DNA from: Thermoanaerobaculia bacterium
Lineage (GTDB): Bacteria; Acidobacteriota; Thermoanaerobaculia; Multivoradales; Multivoraceae
DNA length: 64,000 nucleotides
Reading direction: 5' to 3'
NCBI GenBank assembly: GCA_963666565.1
Contig: OY762911.1
Span: forward strand, 2,528,001-2,592,000
Each line of letters starts with the position of its first letter. Position 1 is the stretch's first letter. Both the position numbers and the translations under genes were made by a program. This document shows positions 1 to 9,654 of this stretch, piece after piece. Below the pieces are notes generated by a model. That model was not told where the DNA came from. It saw nothing but the letters and a program-made list of their open reading frames with translations, and did no database searches.

Positions 1-127
1 CCATGTCAGCCTGTACCTCCGCGTCTTGGTTGAATGTGGCGACGTTTTCTGTCGAGCGGGGAGGCTTCAGTTCGCCTGGGGCTGATTCCATCGTGCACCC
101 AGCGAACAGGACGTCCGGCGCCGTCGG

Positions 128-1261
128 CTACAACACCTCGCCGATGTAGCGCTCCCGGGCCAGCCGCCAGAACACGACGAGGAACGCCGTCAGCGGGATC
201 GCCAGGATCATGCCGGCGATGCCGTTGAGGGCCGAGCCCCAGAAGAACACCGCGACGATGATCGCCATCGGGTGGAGGCCCGTGCGGTCGCCCATGATCC
301 GCGGCGTCAGCACGTAGGCCTCGATCGCCTGGACGAGCGCGAAGACGACGAGCACCCAGACGACGAGCTGGAGCCCGCCGCCTTCCTGCCAGTAGCCGAT
401 CGGCAGGGCCACCGCCAGGCCGACGATGCTGCCCAGGTAGGGGATGATGTTCAGGAAGCCGAGCGCCAAGCCGAGAACGAGCCCGTAGCGCAGGCCGGCG
501 ACGGAGAAGCCGACGGCGAACAGGGCGCCCTGGAGGAAGGCGATGACGAGCTGGCCGCGGAAGAAGGCGACCAGGATGTCGATGAACTCTTGGATCAGGT
601 AGATCACGTCGGCCCGCGTCTTCGGCTTGAGGAAGGGAAAGACGTGGTCGAGCTTGCGGAAACGGTCCGGCTCGACGATCAGGAAGAAGCAGAGGTAGAC
701 CGGCAGGACCGCCCAGGCGAAGAGCGAGGCGAGCCCGGCGCCGATGCTCTGGAAGACCTCCACCGCCGTGTCGCCGACCATGCCGACGCCGGGGATCAGA
801 CTGGCCGGGTCGATCTCCTCGATCGCCTCGCGCAATCGAGCCGCCAGCGGGTTGGCCTCCAGGCGTTCCGTGAGCTCCGGCAGGCGCTCGGACGCCCAGG
901 CCAGGAGGCGATCCCGTGCCTCCGGCAGGGCCTCGACGAGGCCGCCGATCTGCGACGCGGCCATGGCGCCGAAGAACCAGGCGAAGCCGGCGACCGGCAC
1001 GAGCAGCGAGAGCAGGACGACGGCCACCGCCAGGATCTTCGGGAACCGCAGCCGCTCGTTCAGAAGCCCGTAGTACGGCCGCAGCACGAACGCGAGCACC
1101 GCCGCCACCGCGAGCGGCAGGAACACGTTCGAGAACGCGGCGAAGAACGAGCCGATGGCCCAGAACAGGGCCACGACCGCGGCCAGGATGACGGCGGCCG
1201 CCGCGATCGTCGCCGCGGCGGCGACGGTGGCTCGCTGGCGTTCCGAGAGTTCGATCGGCAC
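128..1261 (-). CDS. AI-2E family (PerM-like) transporter
   Basis: 377 aa multi-pass hydrophobic protein with family motifs 'FFRGQLVIA', 'LNIIPYLGS', 'QAIEAYVLTPRIMG...GLHP' and 'GMILAIPL'. Confidence 0.9.
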   Translation of the reverse strand: MPIELSERQRATVAAAATIAAAAVILAAVVALFWAIGSFFAAFSNVFLPLAVAAVLAFVLRPYYGLLNERLRFPKILAVAVVLLSLLVPVAGFAWFFGAMAASQIGGLVEALPEARDRLLAWASERLPELTERLEANPLAARLREAIEEIDPASLIPGVGMVGDTAVEVFQSIGAGLASLFAWAVLPVYLCFFLIVEPDRFRKLDHVFPFLKPKTRADVIYLIQEFIDILVAFFRGQLVIAFLQGALFAVGFSVAGLRYGLVLGLALGFLNIIPYLGSIVGLAVALPIGYWQEGGGLQLVVWVLVVFALVQAIEAYVLTPRIMGDRTGLHPMAIIVAVFFWGSALNGIAGMILAIPLTAFLVVFWRLARERYIGEVL

Positions 1262-1327
1262 CGGTGTCCGTTCCCTGACGGGACGCTACCACCGTTGGCG
1301 AGACCGTTCGCCGCCGGCGCTTCCGCT

Positions 1328-1350
1328 GGAGGCACGGGTCTTCCGACCCG
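1328..1350 (+). repeat. REP-like hairpin GGAG-GCA-CGGGTC-TTCC-GACCCG
   Basis: The 16-mer CGGGTCTTCCGACCCG (1335-1350) recurs exactly at 9574-9589. Both copies are intergenic. Confidence 0.55.
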
Positions 1351-1487
1351 GATACTGGCGGCAGCCGCGCCCTGTCGCCGCGAGGACGGCGCCGGCGGCG
1401 GCCCTCAGGATGCCTGGACGTCAAAGCATCTTGTCCGTTTCGCGACCCCTTGGGTGCTCCGGGACGCCGCTCCGTGTACTCCCCTGC

Positions 1488-2084
1488 ATGACCGTGACGT
1501 TGCTCGACCAGCCGCCGCGGACCCTGCCGCACGACCTGGGGCCGTATCGCCGTTGCGACTACATGACCCTGCCCGACGAACCGCGTTGCGAACTCCTCTA
1601 CGGGAGGTTCTACCTGAGTCCGAGCCCGCTCCCCGTTCATCAGGTCATCGTGGGTGAACTGTTCCGGCTCTTGGCCGATGTGGCGGATCGGACGGACGGC
1701 GTCGCCATGGTGGCGCCGATGGATGTCCACCTCGTCGATCACTCCGTGGTGCAGCCCGACGTGATGTTCATCTCGCGACGGCGCCGCGAGGTGATCGAGA
1801 CGTGGGTGGAGGGACCGCCGGACCTGCTGGTCGAGGTGCTTTCGCCCGGCACCGCCTCCCGCGACCGGGTCTACAAGCTGAACCTCTACCGCGAGCACGG
1901 GATCGGCGAGTACTGGGTAGTCGATCCGGGACGGCGGCGGATCGCGTTCCTCGTTCGCGAGGGCGATGAGTTCCTGGAGCGGGCTCCGGACGGCGCGATG
2001 TACCGGTCCGTCGCGGTTCCCGAGATCGAACTCGACATGGACGCGCTCTGGGCGGCCGTGGACCGGGTGTTCCGGAGGAGGTAG
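1488..2084 (+). CDS. Uma2 (DUF820) family PD-(D/E)XK putative endonuclease
   Basis: Motifs 'RCELLYGRFYLSPSP..HQ', 'VVQPDV', 'PDLLVEVLSPGT', 'KLNLY..HGIGEYWVVDP'. Start taken at ATG 1488 within ORF 1155..2084. Confidence 0.9.
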   Translation: MTVTLLDQPPRTLPHDLGPYRRCDYMTLPDEPRCELLYGRFYLSPSPLPVHQVIVGELFRLLADVADRTDGVAMVAPMDVHLVDHSVVQPDVMFISRRRREVIETWVEGPPDLLVEVLSPGTASRDRVYKLNLYREHGIGEYWVVDPGRRRIAFLVREGDEFLERAPDGAMYRSVAVPEIELDMDALWAAVDRVFRRR

Positions 2085-2127
2085 GCCACCACACCCCGGG
2101 CCCGTGCCTGCCGCACGTTCGGGTGGA

Positions 2128-2133
2128 TACGAT
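2128..2133 (+). promoter_or_regulatory. -10 box TACGAT, probable leaderless hisS promoter
   Basis: TAnnnT 6 nt upstream of ATG 2140 with no Shine-Dalgarno in between. Confidence 0.5.
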
Positions 2134-2139
2134 CGCGCC

Positions 2140-3414
2140 ATGGCTGCCAAGCGGCGATTCCGGACGGTCAAGGGCACGCGCGACCTGCTCCCGGTCGAGG
2201 CTTGCGCCTTCGCGCGAGTGGAGGAGGCGGCGCGCCGCGTGTTCTCGCTCTACGGCTACCGCGAGCTGCGCACGCCGATCGTCGAGGACACGGGCCTCTT
2301 CGTGCGCGGGGTCGGCGAAGGCAGCGAGATCGTCGGCAAGCAGATGTATACCTTCGACGACAAGAAGGGCCGCAGCCTGACGCTTCGCCCGGAAGGCACG
2401 GCGGCGGTGGCGCGGGCCTACCTGCAGCACGACATGGCGTCCTGGCCCCAGCCGGTCAAGGTCTTCTACATGGGTCCCTACTTCCGCTACGAGCGGCCGC
2501 AGGCGGGTCGCTACCGGCAGTTCAACCAGATCGGCGCCGAACTGATGGGTGATCCGGGGCCGTACGGCGACGCGGAGTTGCTCGTCATGCTCGTGCGCTT
2601 CCTTTCGGAACTCGGATTCGAAGACCTGACGGTCGGCCTCAACTCGGTCGGCGATCCGAGATGCAGGCAGCGCTACTCGGGGCGCCTGCGCGAGTTCCTC
2701 GAACCGCACCGCGACGAGTTGGGTGCCGACAGTCGGCGGCGTCTGGAAACCAACCCTCTTCGCATCCTGGACACGAAGGCGCCCGGGGAACGGCGACTGC
2801 TTGAAGATGCGCCGCGGCTGCGCGAGGTGCTCGGCGCCGCGGCTCGCGAGCACTTCGACGCCGTCTGCGCCCGGCTCGAAGCGCTTGGCGTCGCCTACCG
2901 GATCGACGACGGCCTGGTTCGAGGGCTCGACTACTACACGCGGACCGTGTTCGAGATCGCCTCGGATGCGCTCGGGGCGCAGAACGCGATTCTCGGCGGT
3001 GGCCGCTACGACGGACTGATCGGCGAACTCGGCGGCCCGAGCGTACCCGGAATCGGCTTCGCGATCGGCCAGGACCGGCTCGTCGACGTGCTGCCGGCCT
3101 CGTCTCCGGCGCGGTCCGGCGATTCGCCGCCGGTCGCCATTGTGGTGGTCGGCGAGGTCCTCCTGCAACAGGGTCTGGAACTCGCCGAGGAGCTGCGGGC
3201 GGCGGGCGTACCCGCGATCTGCGACCTGACGGCAGGCTCGCTGAAGGCTGGCCTGCGCAAAGCGAACCGCCGCGGCTGCCGCTGGATCGCGCTCTTCGGG
3301 CAGGACGAGGCCGCCTCCGGAAACGTGGTCCTGAAGGACTTCGAGAGCGGCGCCCAGGAGACCCTCCCCCGCGAGGGGTTCGCCGCCGCGGTTGCCGCGA
3401 GAGTTTCCGCCTGA
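2140..3414 (+). CDS. hisS: histidine--tRNA ligase
   Basis: 'VKGTRDLLP', 'LRPEGTA', 'FRYERPQAGRYRQFNQIGAE', 'LVRGLDYY', 'GGGRYDGL', 'GFAIGQDRL'. Confidence 0.97.
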   Translation: MAAKRRFRTVKGTRDLLPVEACAFARVEEAARRVFSLYGYRELRTPIVEDTGLFVRGVGEGSEIVGKQMYTFDDKKGRSLTLRPEGTAAVARAYLQHDMASWPQPVKVFYMGPYFRYERPQAGRYRQFNQIGAELMGDPGPYGDAELLVMLVRFLSELGFEDLTVGLNSVGDPRCRQRYSGRLREFLEPHRDELGADSRRRLETNPLRILDTKAPGERRLLEDAPRLREVLGAAAREHFDAVCARLEALGVAYRIDDGLVRGLDYYTRTVFEIASDALGAQNAILGGGRYDGLIGELGGPSVPGIGFAIGQDRLVDVLPASSPARSGDSPPVAIVVVGEVLLQQGLELAEELRAAGVPAICDLTAGSLKAGLRKANRRGCRWIALFGQDEAASGNVVLKDFESGAQETLPREGFAAAVAARVSA

Positions 3415-3542
3415 GTTGTGCGAGGATCGGCGGTTCGGGCCAGATGCGGCTCGCCGCGAAGGACTGCGAAACGCCGCGCAAGGACCGTGAGAGGCTGGAG
3501 AAGCCGGCAAAGGACCAAAGAGAAGCGCGAAGGACCGAGGGT

Positions 3543-5306
<1,764 letters not shown>

Positions 5307-5333
5307 GAACCCGGTCCGTCCCCTGAGAACGGC

Positions 5334-6500
5334 ATGATCGACTACGGATCGGACGGGCCGTACCGGTTCGGTCTGGAACACCCCGGCGGCGTCTGCGAGG
5401 CGGTGGTGGAGCGGGGGCTCCTTGGCGGGGACGACGGCGCCCTCGGCGCGGTCGGGGACTGGTGCCGCGGCCGGGTCGTCTTCCTGATCACGAGCGAGAT
5501 TCCGGACCGCCACTGCGGCGGCGCGGCGCGCAAGCTGCTCGCGCCCGCGGCCCGGGTGGAGACGATCGAGGTGCCCGACGGCGAGGCGGCGAAGACGGTC
5601 GACTGCGCCGCGTCCGTCTGGCACGAGATGCTGGAGCGCGGCGGCAAGCGGGACAGCCGCCTGGTCACGCTCGGCGGCGGCGCCGTGGGCGATCTCGGCG
5701 GCTACGTGGCCGCCAGCTTCCTGCGCGGCATCGACTACGTGCAGATTCCCACCACGCTGCTGGCGCAGGTGGACGCCTCCATCGGCGGCAAGACTGGCAT
5801 CGACCTGCCGGGCGGCAAGAACACGGTCGGCGCGTTCCACCATCCCGGCTTCGTGCTGGCCGACACGTCCTGTCTGCGGACCCTGCCCGTTGGCGAGCTG
5901 CGTGCGGGCCTGTTCGAGGTCGTCAAGATGGCGGCGCTGCTCGATCTCGAACTGCTGGAGCAGGTGGAGGAGTCGCTGGAGGCGTTGCTGGCCGGAGATG
6001 CGGTGTGGCTGACGGGCGTGGTCGCGGCCTCGGTCCGGGCCAAGATGCGCGTCGTGGCGGGCGACCTGGAGGAAGGGGACAGCCGGCGCCTGCTCAACTT
6101 CGGCCACACGCTGGGCCACGCGATCGAGGCGGAGTTCGGCTACCGGGGCCTGCGCCACGGCGACGCGGTGGGCCACGGCATGAGGTTCGCGCTGCGGCTT
6201 GCGCTCCGGCGCGGCCTCGACCGGCAGTTCGGCTCGGGGCTGCTGCGCCTGATCGATCGGATGGGGCCTCCCGGGCTGGCCGGCGTCGAGCGGAAGCTCG
6301 GCGTACGCCTCGACGCGGACCGGCTCGTCGCGGCCATGGGGCGCGACAAGAAGGCGCGCGAGAGCGGCCTGGCGTGGGTGCTGCCGGTGTCGCCGGGAAG
6401 GGGGGAGATCGTCACCGGTCTCGATCCGGCGCTGGTGCGGAGCGAACTCCAGGCGTTCCTGGACGAGTCCCGGGCACCACCGGCCAGGGGTACGCGGTGA
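5334..6500 (+). CDS. aroB: 3-dehydroquinate synthase
   Basis: 'PDGEAAK', 'LGGGAVGDLGG', 'PTTLLAQVDASIGGKTG', 'LLNFGHTLGHAIE', 'HGDAV'. Confidence 0.95.
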   Translation: MIDYGSDGPYRFGLEHPGGVCEAVVERGLLGGDDGALGAVGDWCRGRVVFLITSEIPDRHCGGAARKLLAPAARVETIEVPDGEAAKTVDCAASVWHEMLERGGKRDSRLVTLGGGAVGDLGGYVAASFLRGIDYVQIPTTLLAQVDASIGGKTGIDLPGGKNTVGAFHHPGFVLADTSCLRTLPVGELRAGLFEVVKMAALLDLELLEQVEESLEALLAGDAVWLTGVVAASVRAKMRVVAGDLEEGDSRRLLNFGHTLGHAIEAEFGYRGLRHGDAVGHGMRFALRLALRRGLDRQFGSGLLRLIDRMGPPGLAGVERKLGVRLDADRLVAAMGRDKKARESGLAWVLPVSPGRGEIVTGLDPALVRSELQAFLDESRAPPARGTR

Positions 6501-6549
6501 ACCGGGGAAGTGGCTACGTCGGAGGCGCGGCGCCGCCCGGGGTTACGCG

Positions 6550-7524
6550 ATGAACGGGGGATCGGACGCCGGCACAGCGGCGCTCGCGGCGGACGCCGAA
6601 GCCCGATCCGGCCGCCTGTGGAAACGGCTGCGGCGGGGGCTCGGCCGCACCCGCAAGGGGCTCGTCGGCCGGATCGGCAAGGCGCTCGGTGGCGCCGCCC
6701 GGATCGACGAAGACGCGCTCGAGCGGCTCGAAGAGTCCCTGATCGAGTCGGACCTCGGCGTCGACACGACGCTCGAACTCGTCGAGCGGCTGCGCCGGGC
6801 CGGGGACTCGGGACGACTCGGCGCCGGCGGCGAGTTCGCGCTGCGCCAACTGCTGGTGGACGAGGTGGCGGTGCTGCTGCTCGACGCGCCGCCGGCGGCG
6901 CTGCCGGCGGCGCCGCGCATCACCCTGCTGGTCGGCGTCAACGGTTCGGGCAAGACGACCTCGGCCGCCAAGCTGGCGCGGGCATCCCTCGACCGGGGCG
7001 AGAAGGTCCTCTTCGCGGCCGGCGACACGTTTCGCGCCGCGGCCGCGGAGCAGCTAGAAGTGTGGGGCGAACGGCTGGGGATCGACGTCGTCCGCCGTCC
7101 GTCCGGCGGCGACCCGGCGGCGCTGGTCTTCGACGCCGTTCAGGCGGCGGGTGCGCGAGGCGCCGGTCACCTGATCGTCGACACGGCGGGCCGGCTGCAC
7201 ACCCGCGGTCAGTTGATGGACGAGCTGTCCAAGGTCCACCGTGTCGCCCGCCGGGCGGCCGGCGAGGCATGGAACGTTTTCACGCTCCTCGTGGTCGACG
7301 CCGGCAACGGCCACAACGCGCTGGTGCAGGCCCGCGAGTTCGGCGCGGCGGTCCCGCTCGACGCCGTCTTCCTCGCCAAGATCGACGGCACGGCGAAGGG
7401 GGGCATGGCGGTCGCGATCGCGCGCGACCTGCGCCTGCCGGTGGCCTGGCTGGGCGTCGGCGAGGCGGTCGAGGACATGGTCGACTTCGATCCGCGGTCC
7501 TTCGCGGCCGCCCTGTTCGGATGA
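6550..7524 (+). CDS. ftsY: signal recognition particle receptor FtsY
   Basis: 'GVNGSGKTTS', 'DTFRAAA', 'DTAGRLH', 'KIDGTAKGG', 'GVGE'. Confidence 0.95.
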   Translation: MNGGSDAGTAALAADAEARSGRLWKRLRRGLGRTRKGLVGRIGKALGGAARIDEDALERLEESLIESDLGVDTTLELVERLRRAGDSGRLGAGGEFALRQLLVDEVAVLLLDAPPAALPAAPRITLLVGVNGSGKTTSAAKLARASLDRGEKVLFAAGDTFRAAAAEQLEVWGERLGIDVVRRPSGGDPAALVFDAVQAAGARGAGHLIVDTAGRLHTRGQLMDELSKVHRVARRAAGEAWNVFTLLVVDAGNGHNALVQAREFGAAVPLDAVFLAKIDGTAKGGMAVAIARDLRLPVAWLGVGEAVEDMVDFDPRSFAAALFG

Positions 7525-7660
7525 ACCCGTTCGGACGGAGGACGACTCGGATGCGGCCGGCGCGGATGAGCCCGGTGGGGATGAGCCCCGTGCGGATGCG
7601 GCCGGCGCGAAGGTGGCCGGTGCGGATGAGCCCGGTTCGGACGGGGCCGTTCGGGTGAGC
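7518..7660 (+). repeat. degenerate 15-bp minisatellite (consensus CGGATGAGCCCGGTG), about 9.5 units
   Basis: Units start at 7518, 7532, 7548, 7563, 7578, 7593, 7608, 7623, 7638 and 7652. The array spans the ftsY stop and the ribD start. Confidence 0.85.
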
Positions 7661-8776
7661 GACGGGTCGAGCTTCCGTCCGGCCGACCGCCGCGCCATGG
7701 CGCGCGCGCTGGCCCTGGCGCGCCGCGGCCGCTGCACCGTGGCGCCGAACCCGATGGTCGGGGCGGTTGTCGTGAGCGGAGGCGAGACCGTGGGCGAGGG
7801 CTGGCACCGGCGGGCGGGCGGCGAGCACGCGGAGGCGGCGGCGCTGGCGGCCGCCGCCAATGCGGCATTGGACGGCACGCTCTACGTGACCCTCGAACCC
7901 TGCAACCACCACGGACGGACGCCGCCCTGCGCCGGCCGCGTGATCGAGTCCGGGGTGAAGCGCGTCGTCTACGCCCACCGCGATCCGAACCCGGAGGTGA
8001 CCGGCGGCGGCGGCGACCGGCTGCGGGCCGCGGGGATACGGGTCGAGGGCGGGCTGCTTGCCGGGCAGGCGGTCGAGATGAACGTGCCGTTCCTGACGAA
8101 CGTGGTGCATCGCCGGCCCGCCGTGACGCTCAAGTGGGCGATGAGCCTGGACGGCCGGATCGCGACGGCGGCCGGCGACAGCCAGTGGATCTCGTCGGAG
8201 CGGGGCCGGCGGTGGGCGCTCGACCTGCGGGAGGAGCACCAGGCGATCGTCGTCGGCAGCGGCACGGCGCTCGCCGACGACCCGCGGTTGAACCGGCGGC
8301 TGGGCCGGGCCGAGGGGCCGATCCTGCGCGTGGTGCTCGACCGTCGGCTGCGGCTGTCGCCCGAGGCGCGGATGTTGGAAGTCGAGGGGCCGGTCGTGGT
8401 CTACACGGAGGCGCCGGCGGGCGACCGGTTGCGCCGCTCCGGCGCCGAGGTGGTGCGCCTCGCCGCCGTCACGCCGGCGGCCGTGCTGGCGGACCTCTTC
8501 GATCGCGGCGTCTCCAACGTGCTGGTAGAGGGCGGCGGGGAAGTGCTCGCCGCGTTCTCGGCGTCCGGCCTGTGGGATCGGGCCGCGGTCTGCTGCGCGC
8601 CGGTCCTGATCGGCGGCGCGGCCGCGCCGGGTCCGCTCGGCGGCGACGGGCCGGAACGGCTGGCGGACGCCTGGCGTCTCGACGAACTGCGGGTTCGCCG
8701 ACGCGGACCGGACGTGATTCTCGTAGGCTACCGGCAGGGATGTTTACCGGAATTGTCACGGAGCGTGGCCGGGTAG
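7655..8776 (+). CDS. ribD: bifunctional riboflavin biosynthesis deaminase/reductase RibD
   Basis: 'PNPMVGAV', 'HAE', 'TLEPCNHHGRTPPC', 'KWAMSLDGRIA', 'VEGGGE'. Start at GTG 7655 (alternative ATG 7697). Confidence 0.95.
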   Translation: MSDGSSFRPADRRAMARALALARRGRCTVAPNPMVGAVVVSGGETVGEGWHRRAGGEHAEAAALAAAANAALDGTLYVTLEPCNHHGRTPPCAGRVIESGVKRVVYAHRDPNPEVTGGGGDRLRAAGIRVEGGLLAGQAVEMNVPFLTNVVHRRPAVTLKWAMSLDGRIATAAGDSQWISSERGRRWALDLREEHQAIVVGSGTALADDPRLNRRLGRAEGPILRVVLDRRLRLSPEARMLEVEGPVVVYTEAPAGDRLRRSGAEVVRLAAVTPAAVLADLFDRGVSNVLVEGGGEVLAAFSASGLWDRAAVCCAPVLIGGAAAPGPLGGDGPERLADAWRLDELRVRRRGPDVILVGYRQGCLPELSRSVAG

Positions 8777-9540
8777 TCGAGGCACCCGGGGCTGCCGAGG
8801 GGCGGCGCGCCATCCGACTTCCCGAAGGCGGGCGCTCGGACCGGGTCGCGGACGGTGCGAGGGCGTACCCCGCGGGTGCGCGCCTGGTTGTCGGACACTC
8901 GGCGGCGCTCGCCGCGAAGCTCGACCTCGGCGCCAGCATCGCGGTTGCGGGCGTGTGCCTGACCGTGGTGGAGCAGGGAGGCGCGGATGGCACGCAGGGC
9001 AGCGTTGCGATTGGCGACGCGAAGCGGGCCGCGGGAAGCAGTGCCTCGGGACGGTCGCGGACGTCGTCCCCTGGGTGTTCGCCGGCCTGGTCCGCCTTCG
9101 ACCTGTCTCCCGAAACGCTCAGCCGAACGACGCTGGGCGCGCTGCAAGCCGGCGACGAGGTGAACCTCGAGCCGCCGCTCTCGGCCGGCGACCCGTTGGG
9201 CGGCCACTGGGTCCAGGGGCACGTGGACTCGACGACCCGGGTGGCCCGGGTGGAGGAGCAGGGCGACAACCGGGTCGTCGCGTTCGAGATCCCCGCCGAA
9301 CTGCGCGACGGCTTCGTCCCCAAGGGCAGCGTGACCATCGACGGCGTCAGCCTGACCGTCGCGGCTCTGGACGAGGACACCTTCGACGTCGCCCTGATTC
9401 CGCACACGCTCGAGGTCACGACCCTCTCGGAACTGAGCCCCGGCGATCCGGTCAACGTCGAGGGCGACATCCTCGCCCGCTACGTCCGGAAAGCGGTCGA
9501 GGCCGCGGTCGCCGCCGCACTGAAGCCGACGGGAAGATGA
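8740..9540 (+). CDS. ribE: riboflavin synthase (alpha chain) carrying two in-frame insertions
   Basis: Invariant N-terminal 'MFTGIV', plus 'GVCLTV', 'GGHWVQGHVD', 'KGSVTIDGVSLTV', 'LIPHT' and 'VNVEGD'. Confidence 0.95.
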   Translation: MFTGIVTERGRVVEAPGAAEGRRAIRLPEGGRSDRVADGARAYPAGARLVVGHSAALAAKLDLGASIAVAGVCLTVVEQGGADGTQGSVAIGDAKRAAGSSASGRSRTSSPGCSPAWSAFDLSPETLSRTTLGALQAGDEVNLEPPLSAGDPLGGHWVQGHVDSTTRVARVEEQGDNRVVAFEIPAELRDGFVPKGSVTIDGVSLTVAALDEDTFDVALIPHTLEVTTLSELSPGDPVNVEGDILARYVRKAVEAAVAAALKPTGR

Positions 9541-9567
9541 GAGCGCCGCGCCGCGCTGGGCGCGCTG

Positions 9568-9615
9568 GGTGCGCGGGTCTTCCGACCCGCACCAAGCGCG
9601 ATGCCGCGAAGCGGC
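9568..9615 (+). repeat. REP-like hairpin GGTG-C-GCGGGTC-TTCC-GACCCGC followed by a GCCGC-GAA-GCGGC hairpin
   Basis: Perfect 7-bp stem with a 4-nt loop, same geometry as 23767-23789. Core identical to 1335-1350. Confidence 0.55.
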
Positions 9616-9654
9616 GAGCCCGAGTGTCGATCGCAGCGCCGCTAACGTAGCCGC

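Noticed and set aside
1-20. Possible start of a minus-strand gene (ATG at 4, GGAGG at 20-16) running off the left edge
   Set aside because: Only one codon is inside the window, so no product can be supported.
7518-7660. Repeat array read as a CRISPR
   Set aside because: The units are 15 bp, contiguous and have no unique spacers. There are no cas genes in the window.
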